Positions 12,053-25,637 of a stretch of 64,000 nt of DNA are shown piece by piece. Every line of letters starts with the position of its first letter. Within the stretch, counting starts at the first letter, position 1. Made by a program: the position numbers and the translations under genes. Source of the stretch: Stegostoma tigrinum (lineage: Eukaryota); the NCBI RefSeq assembly GCF_030684315.1, contig NC_081361.1, positions 32,842,704 to 32,906,703 of the forward strand. Reading direction: 5' to 3'. Below the pieces are notes generated by a model. That model made no database searches, was not told the DNA's origin, and saw only the letters and a program-made list of their open reading frames with translations.

Positions 12053-12130
12053 CTGAAGAAGGGTCACTGGGCCTGAAACATTGACTCTGCTTTCTAAACG
12101 CAGATGCTGCCAGACCCATTAAGTTTCCCT
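12053..12130 (+). mobile_element. PLE terminal-repeat relic, family B, preceded by pyrimidine-rich UTR-like sequence
   Basis: CTGAAGAAGGGTCACTGGGCCTGAAACATTGACTCTG...CAGATGCTGCCAGACC. Confidence 0.7.
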
Positions 12131-15100
12131 GAACAAATTGTATTAGTATCTGCCGTCCTGATAGGGAAAACATTTAAACACACGGTCTAACAATTGCTGG
12201 TACATGTGTTATGAACTTGAAATATTGTCAAAATGCAAGGAATGTAAAAATGCCAAAAAATTTAAATGTGAAGCAATTTGCTTCAAGATGTTCCAGATAT
12301 GACTCTTATGTATTAATTATTATTGTGATAACTGTTATGGCCCAGAAAGGAATCTACTTACCCTGTTAGGTCTTTTCCTGCAATGTGATATATATTCCTA
12401 TTACGGATTTTGGTAAAATTTTAGATATCAGACATTTGAGAGTGTTATTGCTGAGTGTTTGTTGTCAATGTCATGAGGTGCAAAATGAAGAACCTCTGGG
12501 TTTGTCAGCTGTCAAAAGATTATTTAACTGTTTTTGCTGTTGTCAGATTACTCATCTGCCCAATGAACCACAATCTCACATTACCGAGCCTTCTTATTTA
12601 GTGATATGATGAAAGATATTAATTAGCTTCTGAAGTAAAAATAAACTGCAACCATATGCCAATTGCCTGAGATACTTAGGCATGTCCTAACTAATTCCAG
12701 TTTGCTAATTTGACACAGAATGGCTTAATTCAACTCATTTGTCTTGCATTGGTGACCATCAATGTTTCAGAATAGTCCTGTTTCCAATATACCCATGATC
12801 AAGCCTGTCATCATAATCATATCATCTTTTGAACAGAAGCAGATCCTGTGTTCACAGTCTGCAGAACTGTGTGAAAGATTTACACTGAACACTTTCTTTT
12901 GTAAAATTTTGCAATGTACTACAGTACAAACATGATCTTTCTGATCTGGGCATGTATAACCTTCCCACTTCAATCATGTTCTGGAGGAGTGGGGCTTGGT
13001 CAGGACTGTTTCTTCAGTGTTCCTGTCCTTTTAACAGGCTCTCAATGGCCTGCTGCTGGGTAAACTGGGCAGAATGTGCCCGTACATTATTTACTGATTA
13101 GCTGGTTCACAGTCACCATGGAGAGAGAATGCGGTTGTGCTGTGAATTAAAATAACACCAATGCCTTTCAAATCCCATGCTTGTAAGGTAAATTCTGTAA
13201 ACATGCCATTCAACTCATAGAAATAAACTATAAACCATATTTGTCAAAGCATTATTTCAATAAATTTATTATAAATTATATCTAATTACTCTCAAATGTT
13301 CTTTTTCAATGGGCTCACTCAAGGTGAGTTAACAAACAACCATAGTGCAATATGAGAGACCAAGCCGACACAGTGCCTGATGTAGTGTTTAAGAAACCAA
13401 ACATGGCTTTTAATGATTATAGCAAATAGACAAGGAGAGGAAGCATAATAAGGTCTATTTTCGGGAGCCAGGATTGTGATGTCCCATTTAGCAAGGTGCT
13501 GCATGCTCACCAAAATGATTCCAGTCTGCAGCCCAGTCTGAAACTTGCTGCTGACCTACTTTATCCCCTACAGGGACCCCTGCAATATATGTGGTGAACA
13601 CAATGCTCAACTTGTCTGCTGCTGTTAAAGGGGAGTTACACTCATCCAACAGAAACTGCTGCATACTGTTTCTGGAGGAAAAGAAAATGCAGAGCAAATA
13701 GACGAGCTATAGATAAGATATTGATAAGGCCATTGATTTTAAAACTAGCATGAGAATTTTTAAACTGACGGACTGCTTGAACAGAAGTGGATGTAGATCT
13801 GTCTTTGTGAGGTTCAGGGAGTGATGGGTGAATTGGGAATGGCATGAAAAAGGATACTAACCACCCTGCTAACGATTCCTCTCTGCCATCTGGCTCTGCA
13901 AACTCAGTGTTTCTATCATGCCAGTCTTGCAGCCATTGAGAATCTCATGGAATAAGACGCCTGTATCCTTGAACAGTGATTCTGCTGTGTGGATCTCTCA
14001 GAAGAAACTTATTTGTGCTCATGCAAATATGCATTCAAGGTTGTGATGCTGTGCTACAGTCTCCATAATGTGGTTGTCATGAGGATGTTTTCAGAAGCAA
14101 AGTGCTAGAAACCAGAAATATGAACAGAAAATGTAAGAAATACTCAACAAGTCAGGCAGCGCCATGGAGAGATAAACAGTCAATATTTCAGGTCTTCCTC
14201 TTTTCATCAGATTTATAGCCATCAGTTGCATCTCATTTTTGACTGCCCTGACAACAGCTGGCTTATGGATTGCACACTGAGTGTCTCTGATGAGCATTAG
14301 GGTGCTTCCTGGAGATGTTCAGTGCCTACAGTCTGTGCCATAATGTTTCAGAATACTGCATGACGTTCATTATAGTTGCTGACACTTTTAAGTGCAGGAA
14401 ATTACAGAGCTTCAGTGGTCTAAAGTGGGAAAGGAAATCAATTTTCCAGACTGACTAGAGGAGTCTCTAATTGGGATGCTACCAATTTCAGAGTGTTAGC
14501 AACTAGTTACATGTTACATCGATACGACAGACATTATTACAGACAGCTTGAGGAGGACCCAAGGCTGAGTATTATTCCTTCAAGAGCCTAAACTGCTGTG
14601 CCCACAGGTCCAGATGACAGAGTTTTAGTGGGTGGTGCTTATGGAAGTCCTATTTATTATCCCTTACAAACTCTTCCATACATAACATTTTCAAGTGGCC
14701 AGGTGACAGAGGGGAGTCAAATGCCAGGTAACTTGCTCAGCAGCCAGCCCCTGGTTCCTCATGGTTGTCCAAAGATGACAACTTTAGCCAATTTTCCTAA
14801 TGAATGCTGCTGCCAGGATAGATGTTTACTGTCAGGGTCTGTGGGCATGGTCGCAAACCCAGTGGGCATGAATAACCCCGAACCTCTCAGTTATAGCACA
14901 TCTTCCCAATAACATGTTGAGCCCTTGCACATAAAGTTTCTAAAAGAAATACTGATATTGCCAATGGCATGCCAAATAAATAAAATAATGTGTGCAAACA
15001 GAAACTTGTCGTGATTCATGTATGAAGAGGACGTGCACTCATGTGCTGCCACCAGCACGTCTGAGTAAAGAATAAAAACATGTACAAGTATGCATTTGCA

Positions 15101-15261
15101 GTAAAGTCCTGCCATTTTAATGCAAGTCTTTTGCAAATTTGCTTGTCCGGCGCAAAGCTTGCTGTCCACTCTTTTGCCTGCTGCAAGTCCAATCTTTGTT
15201 TACTCACAGGCTCCCGCAAAAAAAACCTTAATTCCGGAGTAGAATGCATGCATTGTGCATA

Positions 15262-15262
<1 letters not shown>

Positions 15263-15312
<50 letters not shown>
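15263..15312. repeat. (TG)n(AG)n compound microsatellite
   Basis: Direct reading. Confidence 0.95.
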
Positions 15313-17107
15313 GGAGACAGTGGGGAAGGATGAATTAACATTTTATATTTCTTCAGTGTCTCTCGACTGATTTGGACCAAGACCAGCTGAAGCATTAGAT
15401 GCAATAAAGAGTCCATTGCTTCTCTCTTCTGTTAATCGTGCAGCCACGTCAGAATGTAAGGAATATGTGGCAGCGAAGCATTCAACTATCCACACAGTAG
15501 CTAAGTCTCAGGAGGCGACACCTTTGCCTCTGAGTCAGAAAGCTGTGAGTTTAAGTCCCAGATTCAAAATTGGAGCTCAGAGCCAAGTGGGTCACAACTG
15601 TATGGTATTAAGAGGGTGCTGTATCGATGTCAGTGTCTTGTTTCAGCTGAATTACCTTATGTCTACAGAACAGAAACAGATCTAACTATTCCACACAAAC
15701 TTCCTGTCACACCACCTTGTCCAACGCTGTCAGCATATCCATCTATTCCTTTTTCTCTCACAAACTTACCTAGCTTCTCATTAAAAGCTACTAAATCATT
15801 TGTCACAACTATTGTTGGTAACAAAGTTTCTACTAAATTCCCTTTTGGATTTATTAATGACAACATGATATTAATGAGCTTTAATTTTAGACTCTTCTAC
15901 AAATAGAAAGATTTTCTCTTTTGCACACCTAAAACTTTCTTAATTACCTGAAAGACCTCTTTCAAATTATTCAACAGGCTTTTCTTTCCAAGAGAAGAGA
16001 TCCATAGCTTGTTCAACCTTTCCTGATAAGCGTATCTTCTCATTTCTGGCAACCTGTTGTGTATATTTTGTGTACTTTATCCTTTTTAGATTGAATAGAA
16101 GAGCAGGAGAGTTCCCCTCAGTGTCTCAAACAATGGTTATCCCTTTGTCAACAAAATAGACAATCCAGCTAGTACTATAATGCAGTTAATCTGACCATTT
16201 AGTGCGTCAATTGATGGCGACAGTGGCTTTCCTACCATACAACAATGACAACATTTTTAAAGTGCTTCCTTGGCCTTGAAGAATTGGGACATCTGAGTTT
16301 GTGAAAGGTGCTACCTACAGTAAAATCTCATTGTTTGGCATGGGTTACATTGCTGAAAAGCCTTGTAAACGTGGTTGGTGCAAACAGCAAACATGGCAGA
16401 CTGTTGATCGGAAGGTTTGACTGGAACATCCCTGAGAAATACAGACCAGTAAAAGTTTAATCCCCAGTCTGTGCTGAATGAATTTATCTCAGATGCACTG
16501 AGGAATATTACCACTGGTTTCACTGCAGTGAACTACCTGACAACTTCCAGACCTGACTATCAAAGCACTTCATGGGGAAAGTATGTACATATATGGTGTT
16601 CAGGCGAGGACAGCTTTAGAGATTTGGACTAGTGCCATGCTACAAATGACTTATCCAACACTCCTTGAGACTCAGGGACTTGGAAAGGTTATAGTGCGGA
16701 AGCTTACACAGCAGCTAATACAAAGAAGGAAAATAAAGAGTAATTAGTTTACACAGTGAGTTTCTACAATCTGAACTAGATTGCAGCAAGTGCAGTGGAT
16801 GCTGATTCAGTAGTAACTTACGAAGAGAATTGGATAATAATTGAAAGGAAAACATTGGCAGGATAATGGGAAAGTGCAGAGTGTAGGGCTAATTGGATAG
16901 TGTTTTTAAAGAGCTGGCATGAGCCTAATGGCCCAAATGGCTTCCTTCTGTGCTGTAGGATTCTACATCAAAAGCAAAACACTGAGAACACTAGAATCTG
17001 GTGTCCATGTCAAATCCATCTCATTAGAACTGGGTGTATCATTACTTTCCTGAGAGGAGCAGAGCAGAGAAATTGGATTCTGAAACTGAAGGGCAGTTCT
17101 GATGATA

Positions 17108-17451
17108 GGGGTGGCTCGGTGGCTCAGTGGTTAGCACTGCTGCCTCACAGAGCCAGGGACCCGGGTTCGACTCCAGCCTCGGGTGACTGTCTGGAGTTTG
17201 CACATTCTCCCCGTGTCTGCATAGGTTTCCTCCATGTGTTCCAGTTTCTTCCTACAGTCCAAAGATCTGCAGGCTAGGTGGATTGGCCATGCTAAATTGC
17301 CCGTTGTGCCCAGGGAAGTTTAGGTGGGGTGAGTTAGATATGGGAAATGGAGGGTTAGGGGAATGGGTTTGGCCAGGATGCTCTTCGGAGGGACAGTGAG
17401 GACTTGTTGGGCTGAATGGCCTGTTTCCACACTGTAGGGATTCTATGATTC
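17108..17451 (+). mobile_element. HE1-type tRNA-derived V-SINE, near full length
   Basis: GGTGGCTCAGTGGTTAGCACTGCTGCCTCACAG..GGGACCCGGGTTCGACTCC head, V-domain, and 3' tail GGCCTGTTTCCACACTGTAGGGATTCTATGATTCT. Confidence 0.9.
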
Positions 17452-17559
17452 TGTAATGAAAAGATAAGTCATGCCAATCTAAAATGTATAAGATGTGGTT
17501 GGTCAGACAGAGGCCAATGAGAAAACCTGTGTGTCTCGGTGCTTGGTGCAAGTAAGAAT

Positions 17560-17960
17560 ACAAGCAGGAGTGTGCTTTTCAACTCTTTGAGCTCATTCCA
17601 CTCTTTTATGCGGTCATGTCTGATCTTCTAATTTAATACTATTTTCCTGTGCTAACCCTATATCTCTTGATGTTTTTAAAATGTGGAAATCTATCAATCT
17701 CAGCCTTGAACATACACACATGCTGTGTTCCCATAGCCCATGGGGCAGAGAATTCCAAACATTCATGGCATTCTGAGTGAAGAAATTCCTCGTCTGAGAA
17801 TTGAGGGGCCAGTTACTTATACTGAAGCTATGTCCCCTGGTTCTAGCACCTCCAGCCAAGGGACACATTCTTCATGCAACAACTCTGTTGAACCCTTTGA
17901 GGGTTTTGTGTTATTGCCTCTCATTCTTCTGAACTACAGAGAATACAGCCTGTGATCTAT
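17560..17960 (-). mobile_element. CR1-type LINE 3' fragment
   Basis: ORF 17614-17868 ARTRGHSFSI..RNFFTQNAMNVWNSLP, the CR1 ORF2 C-terminal motif TRGH...FFxQRVVxxWNxLP. Confidence 0.75.
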
Positions 17961-18514
17961 GTAAGCCTTGCTCCTTGTAAGATTGCAGGAATTAATTTAT
18001 TGAACCTTCATTGGTTCAAAAGTTTACATCGGAGATCTTTGTGTTCTCACTTATCATGCAAGGCACCAATCATTTCAAGCACACAGTGTATAATTCTGTG
18101 AGTGATTGCTTATTTTGTTAATATTTATCGCTGCTGCCAAATTCCACAGGGCCGTTCCGCTGAGCCATGCTGAACATTGTCACTGAGCAATTTCTTGTGA
18201 CCTTACTGCTTGAATAGCGAATAACTGCCTGGAGAAAATTTGCCAGGTTTTCTGTAGGGGACGAGAGACTGACCACAGGACATGTCTGCCCAGTATCACT
18301 GGACTCTCCTCTAATAGAACTTTATCCCTTCAGAACAATTGCGTCTTTCAGAAAACAACAGACATGCCTCCTTTTTTTTTGGCTTTAGTGAGACAAGTGC
18401 GGGATAATGTCGAGGTTATATTGTTCGTACTGCTAAATGTTACACAGAAGACTGATCATACAAGGAGCTGCCCAGTTTCACTGCATGAAGGAGGAAGTCT
18501 GCGAGATTATGTGA

Positions 18515-20397
18515 ACACCCGCGCTGCCCGTTTCTATCTCCTTCCCAAAATCCACAAACCTGACTTCCCTGGCCGACCCATTGTCTCTGCCTGCTCCTAT
18601 CTCACGGAACTTATTTCCGCTATTGACCTGAAACACCAGTCTTCCTGCTCCTAAAATGCTGCTTGGCCTGCTGTGTAAATCCAGCTCAACACCTTGTAAT
18701 CTCCCCTAACCTTGACTCTGTTTACTCCCCACGATCCAGGAGCTCCCCAACAATGTCTGGGACACCACCCACACCTTCCGCCTCCTCCAAGACTTCCAAT
18801 TCCCCAGCCCCACAACACTTCATTTTCACTGTGGACATCCTCCACCGACACCCTCATCCACCTAACCGAACTCGTCCTTACCCTTAACAACTTCTCCTTC
18901 AATTCTTCCCACTTCCTACAGATTAAGGGGGTGGCCATGGGTACCTGCATGGGCCCAAGCTATCCCTGCCTTTTCATGGGATACTACATTGGCACTAACC
19001 CCCACCTCTTCCTCCGCCACATCGATGACTGAATCGCCATTGCTTTGTGCTCCCATGAGGTGCTCGAAAAGTTCATCAATTTTACTAACACCTTCCAATC
19101 CAATCCAATCCAACCTTAAGTTCACCTGGACAATCTCTGATACCTCTCTCTCCTTCCTGGACCTCTCCGTCTCCATCTCTAGTGACTGCCTTGAAACTGA
19201 TATCTATTTCAAGCCCACTGACTCCCACAGCTACCTAGACTACACCTCTTCTCACCCATCTTCCCGCAAGAATGCAATCCCCTACGTCTAATTCCTCCGC
19301 TTCTGCTGCATCTGCTCCCAAGACAGGGCGTTCCACTCCGGAACATCTCAGATGTCCTCTTTTTTCAAGGACCATAACTTACCCCCTCTCAGGGGTTCAA
19401 AAATGCCCTCAAACACATCTCCTGCATTTCCCACACCTCTGTCGTCACATTCCCTACCCCAACAAAAACAAAATAAAGACAGAATCCTCCTTGTCTTCAT
19501 ATATCACCCCACCAACCTTCTCATCCAATGTATCATTCTTCGCCACTTCTGCCAACCACAATCCAACCCCACAATCAAAGAGATAGCTCCCTCCCCACCC
19601 TTATCTGCCTTTTGTAGGGAGCGCTCTCTCCATGACTCCCTCGTCCACTCCACACTATCCAAGAGCCCCACCACCCCGGCACCTTTCCCTGTAACTGCAG
19701 GAAGTCCTACACCTGCCCCTACAGCTCCCCCCTTCACCTCCATTCAAAGCAGCAAACAAACCTTCCACATTAGACAGAGGTTCACCTGCACACCCATCAT
19801 ACTGCATCTACTGCTCCCAATGAGGCCTCCTCTACATCGGTGAGTCCAAGCGGAGGCTCAGAGACTGTTTTGTAGAGCATCTGGGCTCTGATCGTGGCAA
19901 ACGACAACACCTTCCAGTTGTGAACCGTGAGCCGTGAACTGTGAAGCACTTCCTGGGTGACATCTCCATGCTGGGCCTCCTCCAGTGTCACAATGATCCC
20001 ACCCAGAAACTGGAGTAGCAGAACCTCATATTCTGCATCGGGAGCCTACAGCCCAGTGGTCTAAATGTGGATTTTACCAGTTACAAAATCTCCCCACCCC
20101 GAGCCTCTTCCCATAACCAACTCTCTCTCTCATCCCCGCCTACTTGACCTGACTCAACTTGTCCAACTTCTCTCCCACCTATCTGATCCTTCCATGTCAT
20201 TGACCAATCACCATCACTCCCAACCTGCATTCACCTATCACCATCCCACCTATCTTCCCCAGCCCTGTCCCTCCTCCCTATTTATTTCAGAGCTCCCTTC
20301 CCTCTCTCTATTTTTGAAGAAGGGTCCTGACCTGAAGTTTTGACTTTCCTGCTCCTCTGATGCTGCCTGGCCTGCCTCTCGCTCCACACTGTGTTAT
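18515..20397 (+). mobile_element. Penelope-like element, internally deleted (RT + GIY-YIG + terminal repeat)
   Basis: ARFYLLPKIHKPDFPGRPIVSAC, LVLTLNNFSFNSSHFLQIKGVAMGTCMGPSY, FLRHIDD, YFKPTDSHSYLDYTSSHP, then the endonuclease region and terminal repeat at ~20313-20397. Confidence 0.9.
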
Positions 20398-20612
20398 ATG
20401 TAAGCAGGCACTTGTTTTACCTCATGGAGAGTGGTGGCAGCCCCATCAGTGAACTCTTCAAGACCTTTAGTCATTTCAATTTAAACAATTTCATTATCAG
20501 AACAACCATCTCAGTGGACGGTTCAGTGAGCACAGCACATATAAATGTTGAAGAAGTGCAGATGTTAACACAACTGAAACAGAAGAAGAAATCCAGCTGC
20601 CTTTCTATCCTC

Positions 20613-20805
20613 TGAGATAATGGGAACTGCAGATGCTGGAGAATTCCAAGACAATAAAATGTGAAGCTGGATGAACACAGCAGGCCCAGCAGCATCTCAG
20701 GAGCACAAAAGATGACGTTTCAGGCCAAAACCCTTCATCAGAGAGCTCTCTTTTGAAGGGTCTAGGCCTGAAACGTCAGCTTTTTTGCTCCTGAGATGCT
20801 GCTTG
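20613..20805. mobile_element. Fold-back PLE terminal-repeat insertion, family A
   Basis: Left arm with tail, centre AGAGAGCTCTCT, truncated right arm. Perfect 14-bp TSD GCCTTTCTATCCTC at 20599-20612 and 20806-20819. Confidence 0.88.
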
Positions 20806-22524
20806 GCCTTTCTATCCTCATCCTGGAGCATTAAAATAATCTCTAGATCTTTCCTGGTCTTCTCCACTGTCACCTTCAAAGGCAATGTGATGAAGCTTTA
20901 GAAGGATTGAAGCCCTGAGTTTAACTTGGGATAGGAAATAAGTATTGTCTAAACAGGCAGGACGTGCCATTTCAACATAATGTGCACGTCCACAGCTAAT
21001 CCAACACATTCTGACAAGACTTGAGTCCTTGTGCATTTTGTTTTGGTGCACTCTCGGAGTAACATGCAGTTTTGAGTCTATACAGGTGTCTAAATCTCAC
21101 TTGCCTGTCGACCCGTTTATCAATTCCCCCTGGATGCAACCATTTAAAATGCATGTTAATAAGTATTTCCATTGTCTCATTCCCTCCTTTGCAATGAATC
21201 AGTATCGTTTGGTCCTCTATTTCTGGTCACTTCTCAATCTCCATTATTGATCGGCAACTCCTCAGCACATTGCAAAGCCTATTCTTGTCTTTAATGGAAA
21301 CTCAGCAGCTGAAGGGAAGCAAGATCTGCTCAACACAAGAGCTGAATGCCTTTCTATTTGGTTGCTGTACTCAGTTTTCCTTGCTTCTGCCACTCCGCAT
21401 CTCACTGCGTTACAGACGCTTATATATAAGCTGAATTGCCCTTATGCGTTGTAATGGGCATATAATTGATTTGGTATGTAAGGTGAACCCTTCTTTCAGC
21501 CATGGCATGTGATACTTGCATTAGCTGTTAACCCCAATTTTTCACCCCATAAGTGAATGTTCTTATGGGCACAAGCGGTCAAGCAGGCTATATGGGCTAT
21601 GTTATGAAGACACACAGATATTTAAGCCACTTGCAGCGTTTGTATCCAATACCATGTCATTTTAAAATGGCAACTACCCACATCCATGCCGGCGCTTCAG
21701 TTGTAAACCCTATGTATAAGGTGAGCCTTGATTTTGGAAGGATATTTCGAGGCTTCAAAAGTCAACTTATACCCCGAAAGGCGCAGTGCTACCCCTCTAT
21801 CAGGTCATTCCAAGAAGGTTAGGAGAAACAGGGTTGAGCATGACAATTAAATTTGTAGAGAAAGCACTCTGCATGATTATTCTCCGTTATTCTCAGTGCT
21901 CATGACATGTAAAGCCAAGATAGATACAGAGAGAAGTCCAAAGTATTGAACTAGAACTTTGGAAAATAAGACTGAGCTGGTAAATAAATGTACACATGAA
22001 CCAATTGTTCAATTGCAAAATTCCTAGAGCAGAAAACAAGTGAAATTTAAGGGTGCATAAAAGAGTTGGGAATTGTATCAAAAATGTTTCAGTGTTTGTA
22101 CTTTTCAGTTTATCAGTCCCTCACATGATGCTCAGCATTATTACCATAAGAATATAGGTTTCTTATCAAGCACACATCAGAGGTTACCATAAATAAATCG
22201 AAGTGAAGTTTGCACGAATTGTTCAACAATATTTTTACTTTCTCAGGAAAATACTATTTCTGTACAGATTAAAATCTTGAACTGATTGCTATGGGAACAT
22301 CCACTGCCACAACTGAATCCTCAGCAAATTATTCCTGGTGTTCCAAAGAATCTGACAACATGTGACTTGGTTTGCAAGTAGCAAACACATACATCTTCTT
22401 TCCAACAAATAACATTCAACTGTCTAAGAGACAGAGGGAGATAGAGTTGAAATATTTCTACTGAAGGAATTATCTTTGGAAACATTGCAAATGCAGCTAG
22501 TTGAAATTCTTGAAAAGAGGCAAA

Positions 22525-22850
22525 GACTTACATTTGTATGGCACCTTTTATGCCCTCAAATCATTAGATAGCCGAAGTACTTGTTGAAGTGTCATCTCTG
22601 TTGCAAATCAAAAAGCCAATTAACACAGCAAGGTTCCACAAACAGCAATGAGCTAAATGATTATCTGTCATTGGTGACATAGTTTCAGGGATAAATGTTG
22701 CTCTGGGCACCAGGCAAAATCCTTCATCAAGTTGTGCAGAGAATATTTCACATCCAGAGATGGGCAGCGCTTCCGTATATTACCTCATATGAAACTCGGC
22801 AGCTCCAACAGCGCAGCTCTCCCTACAGCACCGCACTACTGCGTCAGTCC
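22525..22850 (-). mobile_element. Old DeuSINE/AmnSINE-like relic
   Basis: ACTTACATTTGTATGGCACCTTT...CACAGCAAGGTTCCACAAACAGCAATGAG; similar strings at ~30820-30930 and ~55435-55830. Confidence 0.45.
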
Positions 22851-23561
22851 AGATTATCGGTTGGAACTGCAGTTTAAAACAAGATAAAGGTAGATCCAGA
22901 ATTATGATTGTATCCTTTAACTCACTAAAGTGTAATTGACTTTAGCTAATGAACAGGGCCAGCACAACCACATGAAAGATAAGGTCATCTACAGAGCACA
23001 GGTTGCAAGGAGGCAAAAAACTACATATGAAATTAATCCAAGTGAATTAACAGGCTTTAGCAACAGAAATGAAAGATCTAAATCTCTAGGTATACATCCA
23101 CATATATTGAATACTGCAATTGTCTTACAAGTCTGCACACTGACATGGCTATTCCAAAGCTGTGAAACAGTAAATATGATCAAAAAAATGTAACCTAATC
23201 TAGTACACTGTATTGTGATGATTATACTTTATTGATTGTGTAAGTAGCACATTCATGAGTTTATTGCTCACCTGTGATTGTGAGAAGTGTGGCGGTATGC
23301 TTTCTCTCAGTAGGAACTGGCTGAAACTTTGGGAATGGGAGCTGCAGCCTGCAAAGCAAATAGACTTTGAGTGGGAGGATTCAAATGTGAAGCAGAGAGT
23401 GTTGTTTGTGCTCCAACAATTCAAATTAATGTCACGGATAAATGATAATCAAAATAAGATTAGAGATAATGGGAACTGCAGATGCTGGAGAATCCAAGAT
23501 AACAAAGTGTGGAGCTAGATGAACACAGCAGGCCAAGCAGCATCTTAGGAGCACAAAAGCT

Positions 23562-23589
23562 GACGTTTCGGGCCTAGACCCTTCATCAG
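23562..23589 (-). ncRNA. Minimal hammerhead ribozyme motif (PLE family A)
   Basis: Minus strand CTGATGA-A-GGGTCTAGGCCC-GAA-ACGT-C. Confidence 0.65.
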
Positions 23590-25609
23590 AAAAGGGTGAT
23601 GGGGAGAGGGTTCTGAAATAAGTAGGGAGAGAGGGAGAGGCGGACTGAAGATGGATAGAGGAGAAGATAGGTGGAGAGGAGAGTATAGTTGGGGAGGTAA
23701 GGAGGGGATAGGTCAGACCGGGGAAGGCAGACAGATCAAGGAGGTGGGATGAGGTTAGTAGGTAGGAAATAGAGGTGCAGTTTGAGGTGGGAGGAGGGGA
23801 TAGGTGAGAGGAAGAACAGGTTAGGGAGGTGGGGGTGAGCTGGGCTGGTTTTGGGATGCAGTAGGGGGGGAGATTTTGAAGCTTGTGAAGTCCACGTTGA
23901 GACCACTCGGCTGCAGGGTTCCCAAGTGGAATATGAGTTGCTGTTCCTGCAACCTTCGGGTGACATCATTGTGGCGCTGCAGGAGGCCCAGGATGGACAT
24001 GTCCTCTAAGGAATGGAAGGGGGAGTTAAAATGGTTCGCGACTGGGAGGTGCAGTTGTTTATTGCGAACCAAGCGGAGGTGTTCTGCAAAGTGGTCCCCA
24101 AGCCTCTGCTTGGTTTCCCCAATGTAGAGGAAGCCACAACAGGTACAGTGTGGATGCAGTATACCACATTGGCAGATGTGCAGGTGAACATCTGCTTGAT
24201 ATGGAAAGTCATCTTGGGGCCTGGGATGGGGGTGAGGGAGGAGGTGTGGGGGCAAGTGTAGCACTTCCTGCGGTTGCAGGGGAAGTTGCCAGGTGTGGTG
24301 GGGTTGGAGGGGAGTGTGCAGCGAACAAGGGAGTCACGGAGAGAGTGGTCTCTCCGGAAGGCAGACAAGGGTGGGGATGGAAAAATGTCTTTGGTGGTGG
24401 GGTCGTATTTTAGATGGCGCAAGTGTCGGCGGATGTGTCCATATCAAGCCCACCAACTCCCACAGCTACCTAGAATACACCTCCTCCAACCCACCCACCT
24501 GCAAAAATTCCATCCCCTATTCCCAATTCCGCCGCCTCCGCCGCATCTGCTCCCAGGATGAAGCATTCCACTCCCACACATCCAGATGTCTGCATTCTTC
24601 AAGGAGCGAAACTTTCCCCCCGCAGTGGTCGAGAACGCCCTTGACCGTGTCTCCCGCATTTCCTGCAACACATTCCTCACACCCCGCCCCCGCCACAACC
24701 GCCCAAAGAGGATCCCCCTCGTCCTCACACACCACCCCACCAACCTCTGGATACAACGCATCATCCTCCGACACTTCCGCCATCTACAATCCGACCCCAC
24801 CACCCAAGACATTTTTCCATCCCCACCCCTGTCTGCTTTCCGGAGAGACCACTCTCTCCATGACTCCCTTGTCCGCTCCACACTGCCCTTCAATCCCACC
24901 ACACCTGGCACCTTCCCCTGCAACCGCAGGAGGTGCTACACTTGCCCCCACGCCTCCTCCATCACCCCCATCCTAGGCCCCAAGATGACTTTCCACATTA
25001 AGCAGAGGGTCACCTGCACATCTGCCAATGTGGTATACTGCATCCACACTGTACCCGGTGTGGCTTCCTCTACATTGGGGAAACCAAGCGGAGGCTTGGG
25101 GACCGCTTTGCAGAACACCTCCGCTTGGTTCGCAATAAACAACTGCAGCTCCCAGTCGCAAACCATTTTAACTCCCCCTCCCATTCCTTAGACGACATGT
25201 CCATCCTGGGCCTCCTGCAGTGCCACAATGATGCCACCCGAAGGTTGCAGGAACAGCAACTCATATTCTGCTTGGGAAACCTGCAGCCGAATGGTATCAA
25301 TGTGGACTTCACAAGCTTCAAAATCTCCCCTTCCCCCACTGCATCCCAAAACCAGCCCAGCTTGCCCCTGCCTCCCTAACCTGTTCTTCCTCTCACCTAT
25401 CCCCTCCTCCCACCTCAAGCCACACCTCCATTTCCTACCTACTTACCTCATCCCACCTCCTTGATCTGTCTGCCCTCCCCGGTCTGACCTATCCCCTCCT
25501 TACCTCCCCACCGATACTCTCCTTTCCACTTATCTTCTCCTCTATCCATCTTCGGTCCGCCTCTCCCTCTCTCCCTACTTATTTCAGAACCCTCTCCCCA
25601 TCCCCCTCT

Positions 25610-25637
25610 CTGATGAAGGGTCTAGGCCCGAAACGTC
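25610..25637 (+). ncRNA. Minimal hammerhead ribozyme motif (PLE family A)
   Basis: CTGATGA-A-GGGTCTAGGCCC-GAA-ACGT-C. GUC cleavage triplet; stem I weak (2 bp). Confidence 0.65.

Noticed and set aside
17108-17180. tRNA gene
   Set aside because: A/B boxes are present but continue directly into the SINE body; no complete cloverleaf. The same applies to 59825-59913.
24293-24976. 227-aa ORF as a novel protein
   Set aside because: It is a chimera across the fold-back junction made of antisense and frameshifted PLE sequence.
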